DNA from: Girardia tigrina
Taxonomy: Eukaryota
Length of the DNA stretch: 64,000 nucleotides
Direction of reading: 5' to 3'
Assembly (NCBI GenBank): GCA_001938485.1
Contig: MQRK01239584.1
Span: forward strand, 1 to 64,000
Part shown: positions 57,501-64,000 of the stretch, piece by piece
How the letters are laid out: every line of letters begins with the position of its first letter
How positions within the stretch are numbered: the stretch's first letter is position 1
Notes under the pieces: generated by a model
The model's input: only the letters and a program-made list of their open reading frames with translations
Database searches by the model: none
What the model was told of the DNA's origin: nothing
Program-made: the position numbers and the translations under genes

Positions 57501-60500
57501 TCATGCGCCCGGGCGGATTCATATTCCGACACACTGTTGCGAATTGGCGGCGCTCGCCCATCTTTCCATTGCCACCTAACGGACCAAGATGATCCATTGT
57601 ACACTGCCGTGAAATCCTGATTGACGATACGAGTTGGTGCAGCGCCCTTCAATGCTCTTGTCTGGATCCCCGGTTGATCCAACGAGTCGCTCACTTGCGC
57701 TGTAGCAGCGGCCGCGGGCGGTGCTCTATGACTGCCTCCCGACTCACGCTGCACTTGTTGCGGTCCATTCACTGTGTCATCGCCGAATCTGATTCCTTCT
57801 CCTGTGGTGCCCACATTCACCCGTCCCATTGAGGCGATTGTATCCATTCCTAGGATCATCTCCACTTTAATCGACTGCAAACTTTTAGCCAACAAAACCC
57901 AGAACGTTAAAAGCTTCCCAGACAATTCAATCTCCACCCATGCCCCGTGTGTCACTACTACTTGACTGAGTACCGTTTGCAGTTTTTCCGATACACTTTG
58001 AATCTGATCCGGTCGCACCAGCCGCTGTTTCATCATGGTAACGGAACACCCCGTGTCGACAAGTACTCTCACAATCTCTCCTCCAACTCGGACGACGACT
58101 TCGGGTAACTGTGCATCGACATTCACAGGAACCCTCCTTGCGCAGAAGAGAGAGTTTGTTGATCTTTTCCTGACTTTCAATTCTGTTGTGGACAGACCGC
58201 GCAAAAATGATCCGGTGCGCCGCAGATGAAGCATGTTCTGAATTTTGACACTGGCGATAGACCCTCCTTCACTTCTAGCGACGCCCTGCAGTTCCGTTGC
58301 AGTTGACCGTTCCGGTTGCATCTAAAACACTGTCTCTGATTGGTGCCGTACTTGACGTTCGACGCTGATGCCACGACTCCAACGCTTGGTGGTTTGACCG
58401 TCTTCTCTGTTTTCGTGTTGATGCGGAGAAGTGACCGCGCCATTGAGATCAGGTCTCGTAGGGGCTTGTATTTCTTCCCGGCCTCCGACAAAAGATGTTT
58501 CGACACTTCTGTCGGCATTCCAGCAAGAAATGCTTGGCGTAAAAAATATTCCTGAGGCTCCTGTCCCATGCAGATGACGGTCACNNNNNNNNNNNNNNNN
58601 NNNNNNNNNNNNNNNNNNNNNNNNNNNNNNNNNNCCGCCACAGGGACTACATATACTCCTCAATCAATTCGGCCGGTTGAATCGATCGCGATCTAAATTG
58701 CTCGAACGCATCTTGCGGATCGGGCTCGAATACTTTTGACAATGCGGCCTTTATCGCATCATAGATCCACTGTTCCTCGCTCGTCAATCCTGAAAAGAGG
58801 TCAAACGCGTGCCCGTCCAAGACCATCGGTAGTGCCGCCGTTTTGTTGATGTCACAGACCATCGCTGCGACTACGAACTTGCGACATGAAATCGCGAAAT
58901 CGCCGCAGCCATCAAATGTTGGGACTGCATCCGTAAATTTAGTTCGGTTCATAGCCGCGATAGCTTGATAAGTCGAAGCTGATGCTAAAGTTTTATTTTT
59001 CCGATCAAAAATCCACCGGCTCAAAGTTCCCGCAATCGTATTTAATTCTGATTGCTATTTCTCCACAGTTAGCTTATCTCTCTGAAGTTTTAAATCGAGA
59101 GATCAATTGAAATTCAATCTAAGAATCCATAAACAAAAGGTAGTCTCAATAAATTCCACGCAATTCAATTAGCTCAGAACATCACCTATTGTAACTTTCA
59201 TCTGTTATTTGGAATACAACAAAGCAATTAATGTCAATTCTTTCATTCTTACTACTCATATTCAATCAATTTCCTTAATTACAGTCTACTCAAATAATAC
59301 TAGTGGAATCTACTGATTATTATATTTATAACGAATTAGAATAACGTTAGTTGTATACACTGATCTTGAATATTTGTTTACCTTTGGTTAGTTCCTTTGA
59401 TTGAATTAGCCAGTTCTTGAATTTTGTCACTCTTAATAAGTTCACTGTTAAATTTTAATTATTAATACATTTTAATTAAATAATATTATGTAATTACATT
59501 CTATATATAATATTTGTCTAAAAAGTGTGTTTGTTTGTTTATCGGTCACGCTTTTCAATGTGAAAGTGCGGACGAACCAAAGTGAATCCATTCAAGCACG
59601 TGGTCAGTCTGGTTAGCCCGCATCATTACAATTCTGTCTGTTTAGCGACTTTGCCGAAAGACGCGCGGAAGTCGATGAAATCTATCGAAACCCATACAAG
59701 TAGTTAAATGGTTAAATTAACACCGATTTCGAATAATGACGATTTTGATGATTCCTACAAGGAATTTCGTGAAAATTTTTATGAAAATACTAATAAAATA
59801 CTAATGTATTTGATGAATGGCGATATGTATCCCTTACTCACTAATTATTTTGTTAAAATTCAATTTAGTAGAAATTACAAATTTGCATAATTAAGAAATA
59901 GTATCAACAAATAAAATGCAAAATTGCGGAGGAAGCGGACGTGGTCAATCTGGATAGTCCGCATCAATCAATTTGCAAAATTTCGATATCATTTGAATCA
60001 CGATTTGTCGGTCAAGCTCAAATTTTACTATGATCATATATATGTTGATAAAGGGGTCGTCTATAAAAGACATAACGCAGGAGGGGAGAGGGAGCAGAAT
60101 ATTGTAGCGAAGTGTGACCTGGGGGAGGGTGGTCAGGTTTTTTGGGACTAAATTTGACGAGGGGTAGGGGGATTGGAAATCTGCTAAAATTGCGTGACGT
60201 CATTTATGGGCAGTCATAAATGCGAAATAGTGGAGGAATAGTGAATGAATCGGCGTAGAGTTAAGATAGCTCTACATAGTCCGCAGCGAGACGGTTTTGT
60301 ATGTACAGCTCCTTTCCTCAAAGGCTCCAGGAGTCGATTTAACTGACTGACTGTTAAATCAACACAGAATTCGAAACAATAAATAATAAATTATAATAAT
60401 TACGATTTAAACATTAAAACAGAAACTTTCAAAGTCGAAAATTCAGCTCCCCCATCCTATATGACGGGTCTTTTTCTAGTTAAACTCATAGTTTTTTATA

Positions 60501-62460
60501 TTGTGTTGGCCAAAAAGTCATTGCGTTTTTTACTAAAATATTTATTATCAAAAAATGACATGGATGCACAAATATTTTTACACGATATACTGTCCATTAT
60601 TTTCAATCACTTTCTTCCACCTTTCCGGTAGCTTCATTATTCCTGATTCGTAAAATTTGCCTTTGTCAGCAAAAACGCCGTCTAGGAACGATTTGATGTC
60701 ATCATCACTGGTGAATGTTTTTCTGTTTAAGGAATCCTGCATTGATCTAAATAAGTGAAAATTCGATAGGGCAAAGTCTGGAGAATACGTTGGGTGCGGC
60801 AAAACCTCCCAACCCAGTGATAAGAGTTTCTGACGAGTACTCAAACTTGTATGCGGTCTTGCGTTATCATGCTGAATTACAACTCCTTTTCGATTTGCCA
60901 ATTCAGGATGTTCCTGTTGAATTGAATGAGCCAATTTCTCCAACTGACCACAATATCTGTCTGAATTGATGGTTTCATTCCTCGGAAGGAGTTCAAAAAA
61001 CACAATTCCTTTAAAATCCTACCAGACGGAAAGCATAACCTTATTTTGGTGAATTTCTGCTTTTGGGATCGTTTTGGCAGACTCACCACGTTTTGTCCAT
61101 GATCTTCGGCGTTCCACATTGTTGTAAACAATCCATTTTTCGTCACCCGTAATCAAGCGCTTCAAAAATGGATCACTTTGTTCTCGCTTCAAAAGGGAAT
61201 CGCAAATGTCTATACGTTTCACCAAATGAATTTCTTTCAGTTCATGTCGTAACCACATATCGAGTTTACTGACGAATCCAAGTTTCTTTAAATGACTTCC
61301 AACACTTGATTTTGATATTTTCAGAGTCTCTGCAACTTTTTTTGTCATCATATGTGGATTAGATTTGATCAGTGCTGTTATGTTGTCGCCATCAACTTCA
61401 ACTGGTCGACCGGAGCGTGATGCATCTTATAGATGAAATTTTTGAGAACGAAATTTAGAAAACCAGTATTGACACTGTCGAAGTTTTAAGGAGTCACTAC
61501 CATATACAAAACATATCTTCTTATGAGCTTGCACAGCGGTTTTCCCATTGCGAAAATAGTGCAACAAAACATGACGAATATGCTCATTTTGATTTTCCAT
61601 TTCGAATTGACGGTAAAGTAATAAATTAAAACAAAATCAATTAATATTTTGTATAAACATAGTCTGAAAATTAAGGTTTCAGAATATATAATTGAATTTA
61701 AATTTTATCACATCATTTTATATTTTCAATCTTTTTATTAGGACGTACTCAAAAACGCAATGACTTTTTGGCCAACCCAATATAATCGATAAAAGTGATT
61801 CATAGATTAAGAAGTCACAAAAGAATCTCTTAGTCTCTATACAATATGGTTCATATAGTTTGCAATATTTCATTTTATTGTATAAAATGTGAATGTGTTG
61901 TGTGATTTGTGGAGCCTGAAAGTACGTGATCATTGATATTACAAGGCTTACTAAAAAGATTTTATCTTTAAATCAGTTTATTTGCATTTATTAATTAACA
62001 TACTCACTAGCAATTCAATTATTAAATGCGGCGTCATATTGCTTTTAACTTTTTGTGTTTTCCTTCAGGCAACTTTCAAAGGGTGGATAGAAATAATGGC
62101 TGATGCTGTTGATATCACTGGGGTTAATATTATTCTTTTTTGGTCAAAGAATAATTTTCTATTCTTTTAGTATGATAAGCAACCTTCATACAACAACAGT
62201 ACACATTATTATGCATATTTCGTTTTGTTTATTATATTTGGAGCATTTTTCACATTAAATTTATTTATCGGTGTAATTATTGATAACTTCAATGTTCAGA
62301 AAAAGAGGGTATTTTCGAATTTAGAATTAAAAATTATTGATTTCTTAAACAGGTTGGAGGGTCTATAGAAATGTTTATGACGGAAGACCAAAAGAAGTAT
62401 TACAATGCTATGAAAAAAATGGCGAGTACAGCCCCCCAAAAACCAATTCCAAAACCGAAA
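1754..62460 (+). CDS. Nav1: Voltage-gated sodium channel alpha subunit (Nav1/para-like), partial multi-exon gene with 22 exons in window
   Basis: Exons 1754-1872, 4818-4898, 4950-5078, 5152-5246, 13549-13791, 13841-13895, 13941-14091, 19314-19478, 19529-19717, 19765-20036, 21974-22185, 26277-26596, 26646-26819, 30638-31000, 31052-31245, 34111-34217, 39146-39441, 45983-46156, 56008-56418, 62069-62122, 62171-62308, 62353-62460 join in frame (4050 nt). S4 motifs [40 protein letters not shown]; pore loops TQDYWE, CGEWIE, TFKGWIE; linker [17 protein letters not shown]. Confidence 0.97.
2628..2787 (+). ncRNA. U1 snRNA-like sequence (variant or pseudogene)
   Basis: About 160 nt with U1 topology: 5' ATCTTTACTTGG, helix H GTGTT/AACAC, SL1 GACGCAGA/TCTGCGTC, SL2 with loop CATTACAC (cf. 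CAUUGCAC), SL3 CGCTTTCCC..GGGCAAGTCG, Sm-like AATTTTTTTTAG, weak SL4. Confidence 0.78.
2800..4335 (+). mobile_element. Decayed Ty3/Gypsy pol remnant (integrase core and C-terminus)
   Basis: [37 protein letters not shown] and RYEGPFEI motifs; frameshifts and stops; boundaries approximate. Confidence 0.75.
4818..4898 (+). CDS. Nav1: Nav exon: domain I S1
   Basis: [27 protein letters not shown]; AC acceptor, GTAAG donor. Confidence 0.9.
4950..5078 (+). CDS. Nav1: Nav exon: domain I S2-S3
   Basis: [19 protein letters not shown]...[19 protein letters not shown]; AG/GT boundaries. Confidence 0.95.
5152..5246 (+). CDS. Nav1: Nav exon: domain I S3-S4
   Basis: [32 protein letters not shown]; AG/GT boundaries. 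Confidence 0.95.
8250..8590 (+). mobile_element. Penelope-like element 3' fragment (GIY-YIG C-terminus plus pLTR)
   Basis: [28 protein letters not shown] followed by a hammerhead motif. Confidence 0.75.
8503..8546 (+). ncRNA. Minimal type I hammerhead ribozyme
   Basis: CTGACGA-T-GACGG(TTAAA)CCGTC-GAAA, palindromic stem III ATTAAT, stem I TGTT/AATA. Confidence 0.7.
8699..9320 (+). mobile_element. Truncated Tc1-like transposon (5' part)
   Basis: TA|CAGT terminus; paired-like HTH region with [17 protein letters not shown] and AVKKPFI. Confidence 0.75.
9711..11388 (+). mobile_element. Full-length Tc1-like transposon with transposase pseudogene at about 10052-11073
   Basis: TIRs of roughly 130-140 bp, CAGTGCTGG.../...CCAGCACTG, flanked by TA; [45 protein letters not shown]; frameshifts. 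Confidence 0.92.
11470..11520 (-). ncRNA. Minimal type I hammerhead ribozyme in Penelope pLTR
   Basis: TGCA-CTGAAGA-TGCCGCAATGGT-GAAAC-GC-GTA-TGTA with palindromic ACGCGT stem III. Confidence 0.75.
12946..12995 (+). ncRNA. Hammerhead ribozyme copy with mutated stem III
   Basis: CTGAAGATGCCGAAATGGTGAAACGCTTA; ACGCGT changed to ACGCTT. Confidence 0.6.
13549..13791 (+). CDS. Nav1: Nav exon: domain I S4-S5 linker, S5 and turret
   Basis: [47 protein letters not shown]. Confidence 0.95.
13841..13895 (+). CDS. Nav1: Nav exon: domain I extracellular loop
   Basis: [19 protein letters not shown]; AG/GT boundaries, phases fit. Confidence 0.85.
13941..14091 (+). CDS. Nav1: Nav exon: domain I pore loop (D)
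   Basis: [35 protein letters not shown]. Confidence 0.96.
14105..18613 (+). mobile_element. Ty3/Gypsy LTR retrotransposon (deleted between gag and RT), 117-bp LTRs
   Basis: LTRs AGTTGG...CTTACT at 14105-15893 (split by a transposon) and 18497-18613; PBS TGGTGACCAC; gag 15935-16339; RT end, RNase H and integrase 16545-18487. Confidence 0.92.
14188..15857 (+). mobile_element. Tc1/mariner superfamily transposon, DD41D (rosa/Visitor)-like, nested in a Gypsy LTR
   Basis: TIRs of about 190 bp, CAGGGTGAC.../...GTCACCCTG, TA TSD; [45 protein letters not shown]. Confidence 0.92.
19314..19478 (+). CDS. Nav1: Nav exon: domain I S6
   Basis: [33 protein letters not shown]. Confidence 0.95.
19529..19717 (+). 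CDS. Nav1: Nav exon: I-II linker
   Basis: [16 protein letters not shown]...DEYN; AG/GT boundaries, phase 0/0. Confidence 0.8.
19765..20036 (+). CDS. Nav1: Nav exon: I-II linker
   Basis: [12 protein letters not shown]...MLDERQ; GTAAGT donor. Confidence 0.8.
21020..21790 (+). mobile_element. Decayed RTE-clade non-LTR retrotransposon 3' fragment
   Basis: [60 protein letters not shown]. Confidence 0.7.
21974..22185 (+). CDS. Nav1: Nav exon: I-II linker
   Basis: [11 protein letters not shown]...VNQE; phases 2/1 fit the neighbouring exons. Confidence 0.75.
22300..23182 (-). repeat. Unclassified dispersed element (TGTGAG terminus, TCTCCCACCCAGATGG motif)
   Basis: Homologous to about 20580-21030, 34400-36090, 40120-40650 and 63400-63938. 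Confidence 0.65.
24250..25200 (-). mobile_element. RLE-type (NeSL/R2/R4-like) non-LTR retrotransposon 3' fragment
   Basis: TIKHVLCDC zinc knuckle remnant, [24 protein letters not shown]. Confidence 0.8.
26277..26596 (+). CDS. Nav1: Nav exon: I-II linker end and domain II S1
   Basis: [34 protein letters not shown]. Confidence 0.95.
26646..26819 (+). CDS. Nav1: Nav exon: domain II S2-S4
   Basis: [41 protein letters not shown]. Confidence 0.96.
27950..28500 (+). mobile_element. Heavily decayed Gypsy RNase H/integrase remnant
   Basis: [42 protein letters not shown]. Confidence 0.55.
30638..31000 (+). CDS. Nav1: Nav exon: domain II S4-S6 including pore (E)
   Basis: [55 protein letters not shown]. 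Confidence 0.97.
31052..31245 (+). CDS. Nav1: Nav exon: domain II S6 and II-III linker
   Basis: [30 protein letters not shown]. Confidence 0.93.
31614..33773 (+). mobile_element. Zator-like DNA transposon, transposase pseudogene
   Basis: [50 protein letters not shown]; right TIR GCGTTACGTATTAAATGAGCAGCCCC followed by TAA; left end not located. Confidence 0.78.
34111..34217 (+). CDS. Nav1: Nav exon (putative): II-III linker
   Basis: AG/GT-bounded, open, and supplies the phase 2 to phase 1 bridge needed between 31245 and 39146; no motif support. Confidence 0.7.
34400..36090 (-). repeat. Longest copy of the unclassified TGTGAG-family element
   Basis: CCATCTGGGTGGGAGA at about 35999; about 500 bp homologous to 40120-40650; distal boundary approximate. 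Confidence 0.6.
36180..36914 (+). mobile_element. hATm-like transposon 3' fragment
   Basis: [18 protein letters not shown] motif; terminus ...GTACGTCCCTA. Confidence 0.55.
37718..38050. repeat. Array of nine quasi-palindromic CTC-N4-GAG motifs with dissimilar spacers
   Basis: Motifs at 37718, 37804, 37829, 37858, 37897, 37928, 37967, 37999, 38037. Confidence 0.75.
38303..38492. repeat. Cluster of GGTGC-N3-TGCAC palindromes (MITE-like)
   Basis: Five copies, plus two TGGCATAAATGCCA palindromes. Confidence 0.6.
38520..38885. repeat. Degenerate (AAT)n low-complexity tract
   Basis: Visible directly in the sequence. Confidence 0.8.
39146..39441 (+). CDS. Nav1: Nav exon: II-III linker end and domain III S1
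   Basis: [42 protein letters not shown]. Confidence 0.93.
40120..40650 (+). repeat. TGTGAG-family element inserted in a Gypsy 5' LTR
   Basis: Absent from the 3' LTR; begins TGTGAGGAATATTTT. Confidence 0.75.
42335..43167. mobile_element. Putative solo LTR (833 bp)
   Basis: TG...CA termini (TGAAGTG/TACTACA), 5-bp TSD GAGTC/CAGTC, splits the host LTR. Confidence 0.65.
44340..44715 (-). mobile_element. MULE (Mutator) fragment with FLYWCH-like remnant
   Basis: [24 protein letters not shown]; terminal GACAAAT repeats. Confidence 0.55.
45983..46156 (+). CDS. Nav1: Nav exon: domain III S1-S3
   Basis: [46 protein letters not shown]. Confidence 0.96.
47306..47626 (+). CDS. Intronic orphan ORF, 106 aa, acidic; probably belongs to a repeat
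   Basis: ATG-to-stop ORF, more GC-rich than its flanks; no recognisable motif. Confidence 0.3.
   Translation: MHQNAVDFWMQWRKFTKFNPFAQIPNSSTTPDDAKDNQLAIPNFDNSDGVDLGFMRSPEPPITSRVNKILAVDSGLRDAEQEHLIPEDDEEIFAVDIDRQVYELIN
48132..48706 (-). mobile_element. Internally deleted Tc1-like element
   Basis: TIRs AGTCGTG(A/G)CCATAATTCA..GCCACCC at both ends, TA flanks; HTH region with [10 protein letters not shown]. Confidence 0.85.
49735..54401 (+). mobile_element. Ty3/Gypsy LTR retrotransposon with a long pol ORF
   Basis: 5' LTR ends CTTCTCACA at 49865; PBS TGGCGAC; gag with three CCHC knuckles; RT, RNase H, integrase; PPT AAGAAGGGGGA; 3' LTR 53715-54401. Confidence 0.93.
51670..53727 (+). pseudogene. 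Gypsy pol (RT-RNase H-integrase), 685 aa open segment
   Basis: MPFG, YLYD (catalytic YLDD mutated), TDAS, RTDHKA, IDICGP, HTDCG, NGIVER, YEGPY. Confidence 0.9.
54462..54520. repeat. (ATT)n microsatellite
   Basis: Visible directly in the sequence. Confidence 0.9.
55211..55600. mobile_element. MITE with internal AAATAGTAGGTG repeats
   Basis: TA|ACGGATAA...TTATCCGT|TA; repeats in both orientations; contains an N gap. Confidence 0.7.
56008..56418 (+). CDS. Nav1: Nav exon: domain III S3-S5 and turret
   Basis: [66 protein letters not shown]. Confidence 0.97.
56560..56850 (-). mobile_element. Penelope-like 3' fragment with hammerhead (56572-56612)
   Basis: [26 protein letters not shown]; AGAA-CTGAAGA-TGCCACAAAAGTGAC-GAAATATGTT-TTCT. 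Confidence 0.75.
56900..59283 (-). mobile_element. GC-rich Gypsy-like LTR retrotransposon (gag, protease, deleted pol)
   Basis: gag 58647-58950, CCHC knuckles, protease VLVDTGCS, integrase remnant RPSENGIVE; candidate 94-bp LTR TGTAA..TTACA at 59190-59283. Confidence 0.85.
59500..60479 (+). mobile_element. Non-autonomous Helitron
   Basis: 5' TCTATATATA..GTTTGTTTGT; subterminal hairpin CCCATC..GACGGG; 3' CTAG|T. Confidence 0.75.
60052..60217. mobile_element. Zator-like MITE nested in the Helitron
   Basis: GGGGTCGTCTATAAAAGACATAACGC / GCGTGACGTCATTTATGGGCAGTC, similar to the Zator TIR at 33773. Confidence 0.6.
60501..61780 (-). mobile_element. Full-length mariner (DD34D type, mellifera-subfamily-like), transposase pseudogene at 61600-60578
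   Basis: 1280 bp, 30-bp TIRs TTGGGTTGGCCAAAAAGTCATTGCGTTTTT, TA flanks; [33 protein letters not shown]; frameshifts. Confidence 0.95.
62069..62122 (+). CDS. Nav1: Nav exon: domain III pore (K)
   Basis: [18 protein letters not shown], 54 nt. Confidence 0.96.
62171..62308 (+). CDS. Nav1: Nav exon: domain III S6
   Basis: [31 protein letters not shown]. Confidence 0.97.
62353..62460 (+). CDS. Nav1: Nav exon: III-IV inactivation linker
   Basis: [36 protein letters not shown]; GTAAGT donor. Confidence 0.97.
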
Positions 62461-63399
62461 GTAAGTAGATTTTTGACAATCTTGCTTTTCTGGTATACGT
62501 TCCTGTATAAAATTGAAATGATTCGAATTTAATAAAGTAATAATTTAACTTTATAAATATGAATGAGTTCTAATTAGATCAATAAACTTTTGAGTCCCAG
62601 TAAAGTTTCTTCTGGTCATCTTCCTAACTCTTATCAAACCCCAATTTCACGTAACCTACTTGCAAATATTGTGACTTCCAAAGATTCTAAGAATCAGAGT
62701 CGTTGGTTCAGGATGTTTTTTAACATGCCCATAGAAATATGTCCGAAAGCAAACTGGATTCTGTTGAAAGAAGACTTTTCATGATGGTACACTTTGAATA
62801 ATCTCCGAGATGGAATCGCTAACAGGCGTAAATTAATATTGACAGTGTTTTAGGACCATAAAGAAATCAATTAAATTGATTTCCTTGACAAAGGAAAGAT
62901 AATGACTTATATAATTCTGAGTTACTCAACCAAATTCTTCATTAATAAGTCTCACGCATAACATATAAATGTTGCAGCATTTAATTTACCAAAGATGATG
63001 AAGATTTTGACTGGCTCATGATTGCATGTTAAATAACATTATTAAATATGTTGGGATCGAGAAATTTTCCAATTGACACCAGGCCAATTCATTAAGGGGG
63101 CACTGAGTCTGATGGAAAATTTTTCGGAGTCTGAAATAAAATAAAATGATTATTAAATAAATATAATATTAACTAATTAAAACTAACCTTAATTGATTTT
63201 GAACTTTGATCTGAAATAAAAAATATGATTATTAAAATTAATTGAATAAAAAGCTGACCTAATTTATTTCACCTTTGATCATGAAATTAACAAAAACAAT
63301 TATTATCTATGTAATTAGAAAAATTACTTGATCTATCTGACCTTTGATCGTTGTTCATCTAATTGAAAATTTTGTTATTTTTATTTGATTAAAACAAAA

Positions 63400-63938
63400 A
63401 CTTACTTGATTGATTTGGACTTTGTTTGGACATATTCTTGCTGTAGAAATACCAGCTTTAACATAAAAATTATGCACATTTTCGATCCTTTCAAGAATAA
63501 AAACCACAAAATCCAGAAATATTTATAAATATTTACAAAATTTTGTACGAAGAAGAATTCAAGCGTTTTGCTAATCCTTTTTGTTAAGAACATTGAGACA
63601 ATTTTCATTTGAATTTTTATTACTATCACATTTAGAGTCGTTATGTCTCTCAGAAAGTCTTACATCGTTTGCCATCGTTCTAATTTGTTTTCTTATTTCT
63701 ATTTTTAATAATGATTATTCGAACAATTTTTCTAATTCATTTTTTAAAATATTTGACTTCTAAAAATATTTCTTTATAAAAATTCAAAATAATAAAAATA
63801 TTATAAAATTGTTAAAAATGAATTTAATTTAAATCTAATTAAATGATTTTCTTTTTTTAAATATTAAACTTAATTTTTATAGTTAATTTTAAAAATCAAT
63901 ACATTCACACATTCATATAATTTAAAATATTCCTCACA
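63400..63938 (-). repeat. TGTGAG-family element copy
   Basis: Strong similarity to 22690-23182; begins TGTGAGGAATATTTT. Confidence 0.65.
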
Positions 63939-64000
63939 CTTTTGATGTATGCACTGTATCAGTATGTTTTCAAATGGAGTTTGTCGAAATGCATTATGAC

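Noticed and set aside
1-64000. Species assignment
   Set aside because: The MFM motif, AT richness and tiny introns suggest a non-insect protostome, but the sequence alone does not identify it

Overview
AT-rich, gapped eukaryotic (animal, probably protostome) genomic DNA, not prokaryotic. Almost the whole window lies inside one + strand gene, a voltage-gated sodium channel alpha subunit (Nav1/para type). I reconstructed 22 exons (1754-62460, 4050 nt = 1350 codons, splice phases consistent). They cover the end of the N-terminus, domains I-III (selectivity residues D, E, K) and the III-IV linker with the MFM inactivation motif. The start codon and domain IV lie outside the window. Introns are bimodal: 44-73 bp or 1.9-9.9 kb. 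The first intron is a U12-type AT-AC intron that contains a divergent U1 snRNA-like sequence. The long introns hold nested transposons: Ty3/Gypsy elements with very short LTRs, Tc1, mariner, a DD46D Tc1/mariner-type element, Zator, hATm, MULE, Helitron, RTE and RLE non-LTR fragments, Penelope-like elements with hammerhead ribozymes, and several unclassified repeats. All calls are by eye; no database searches were run.
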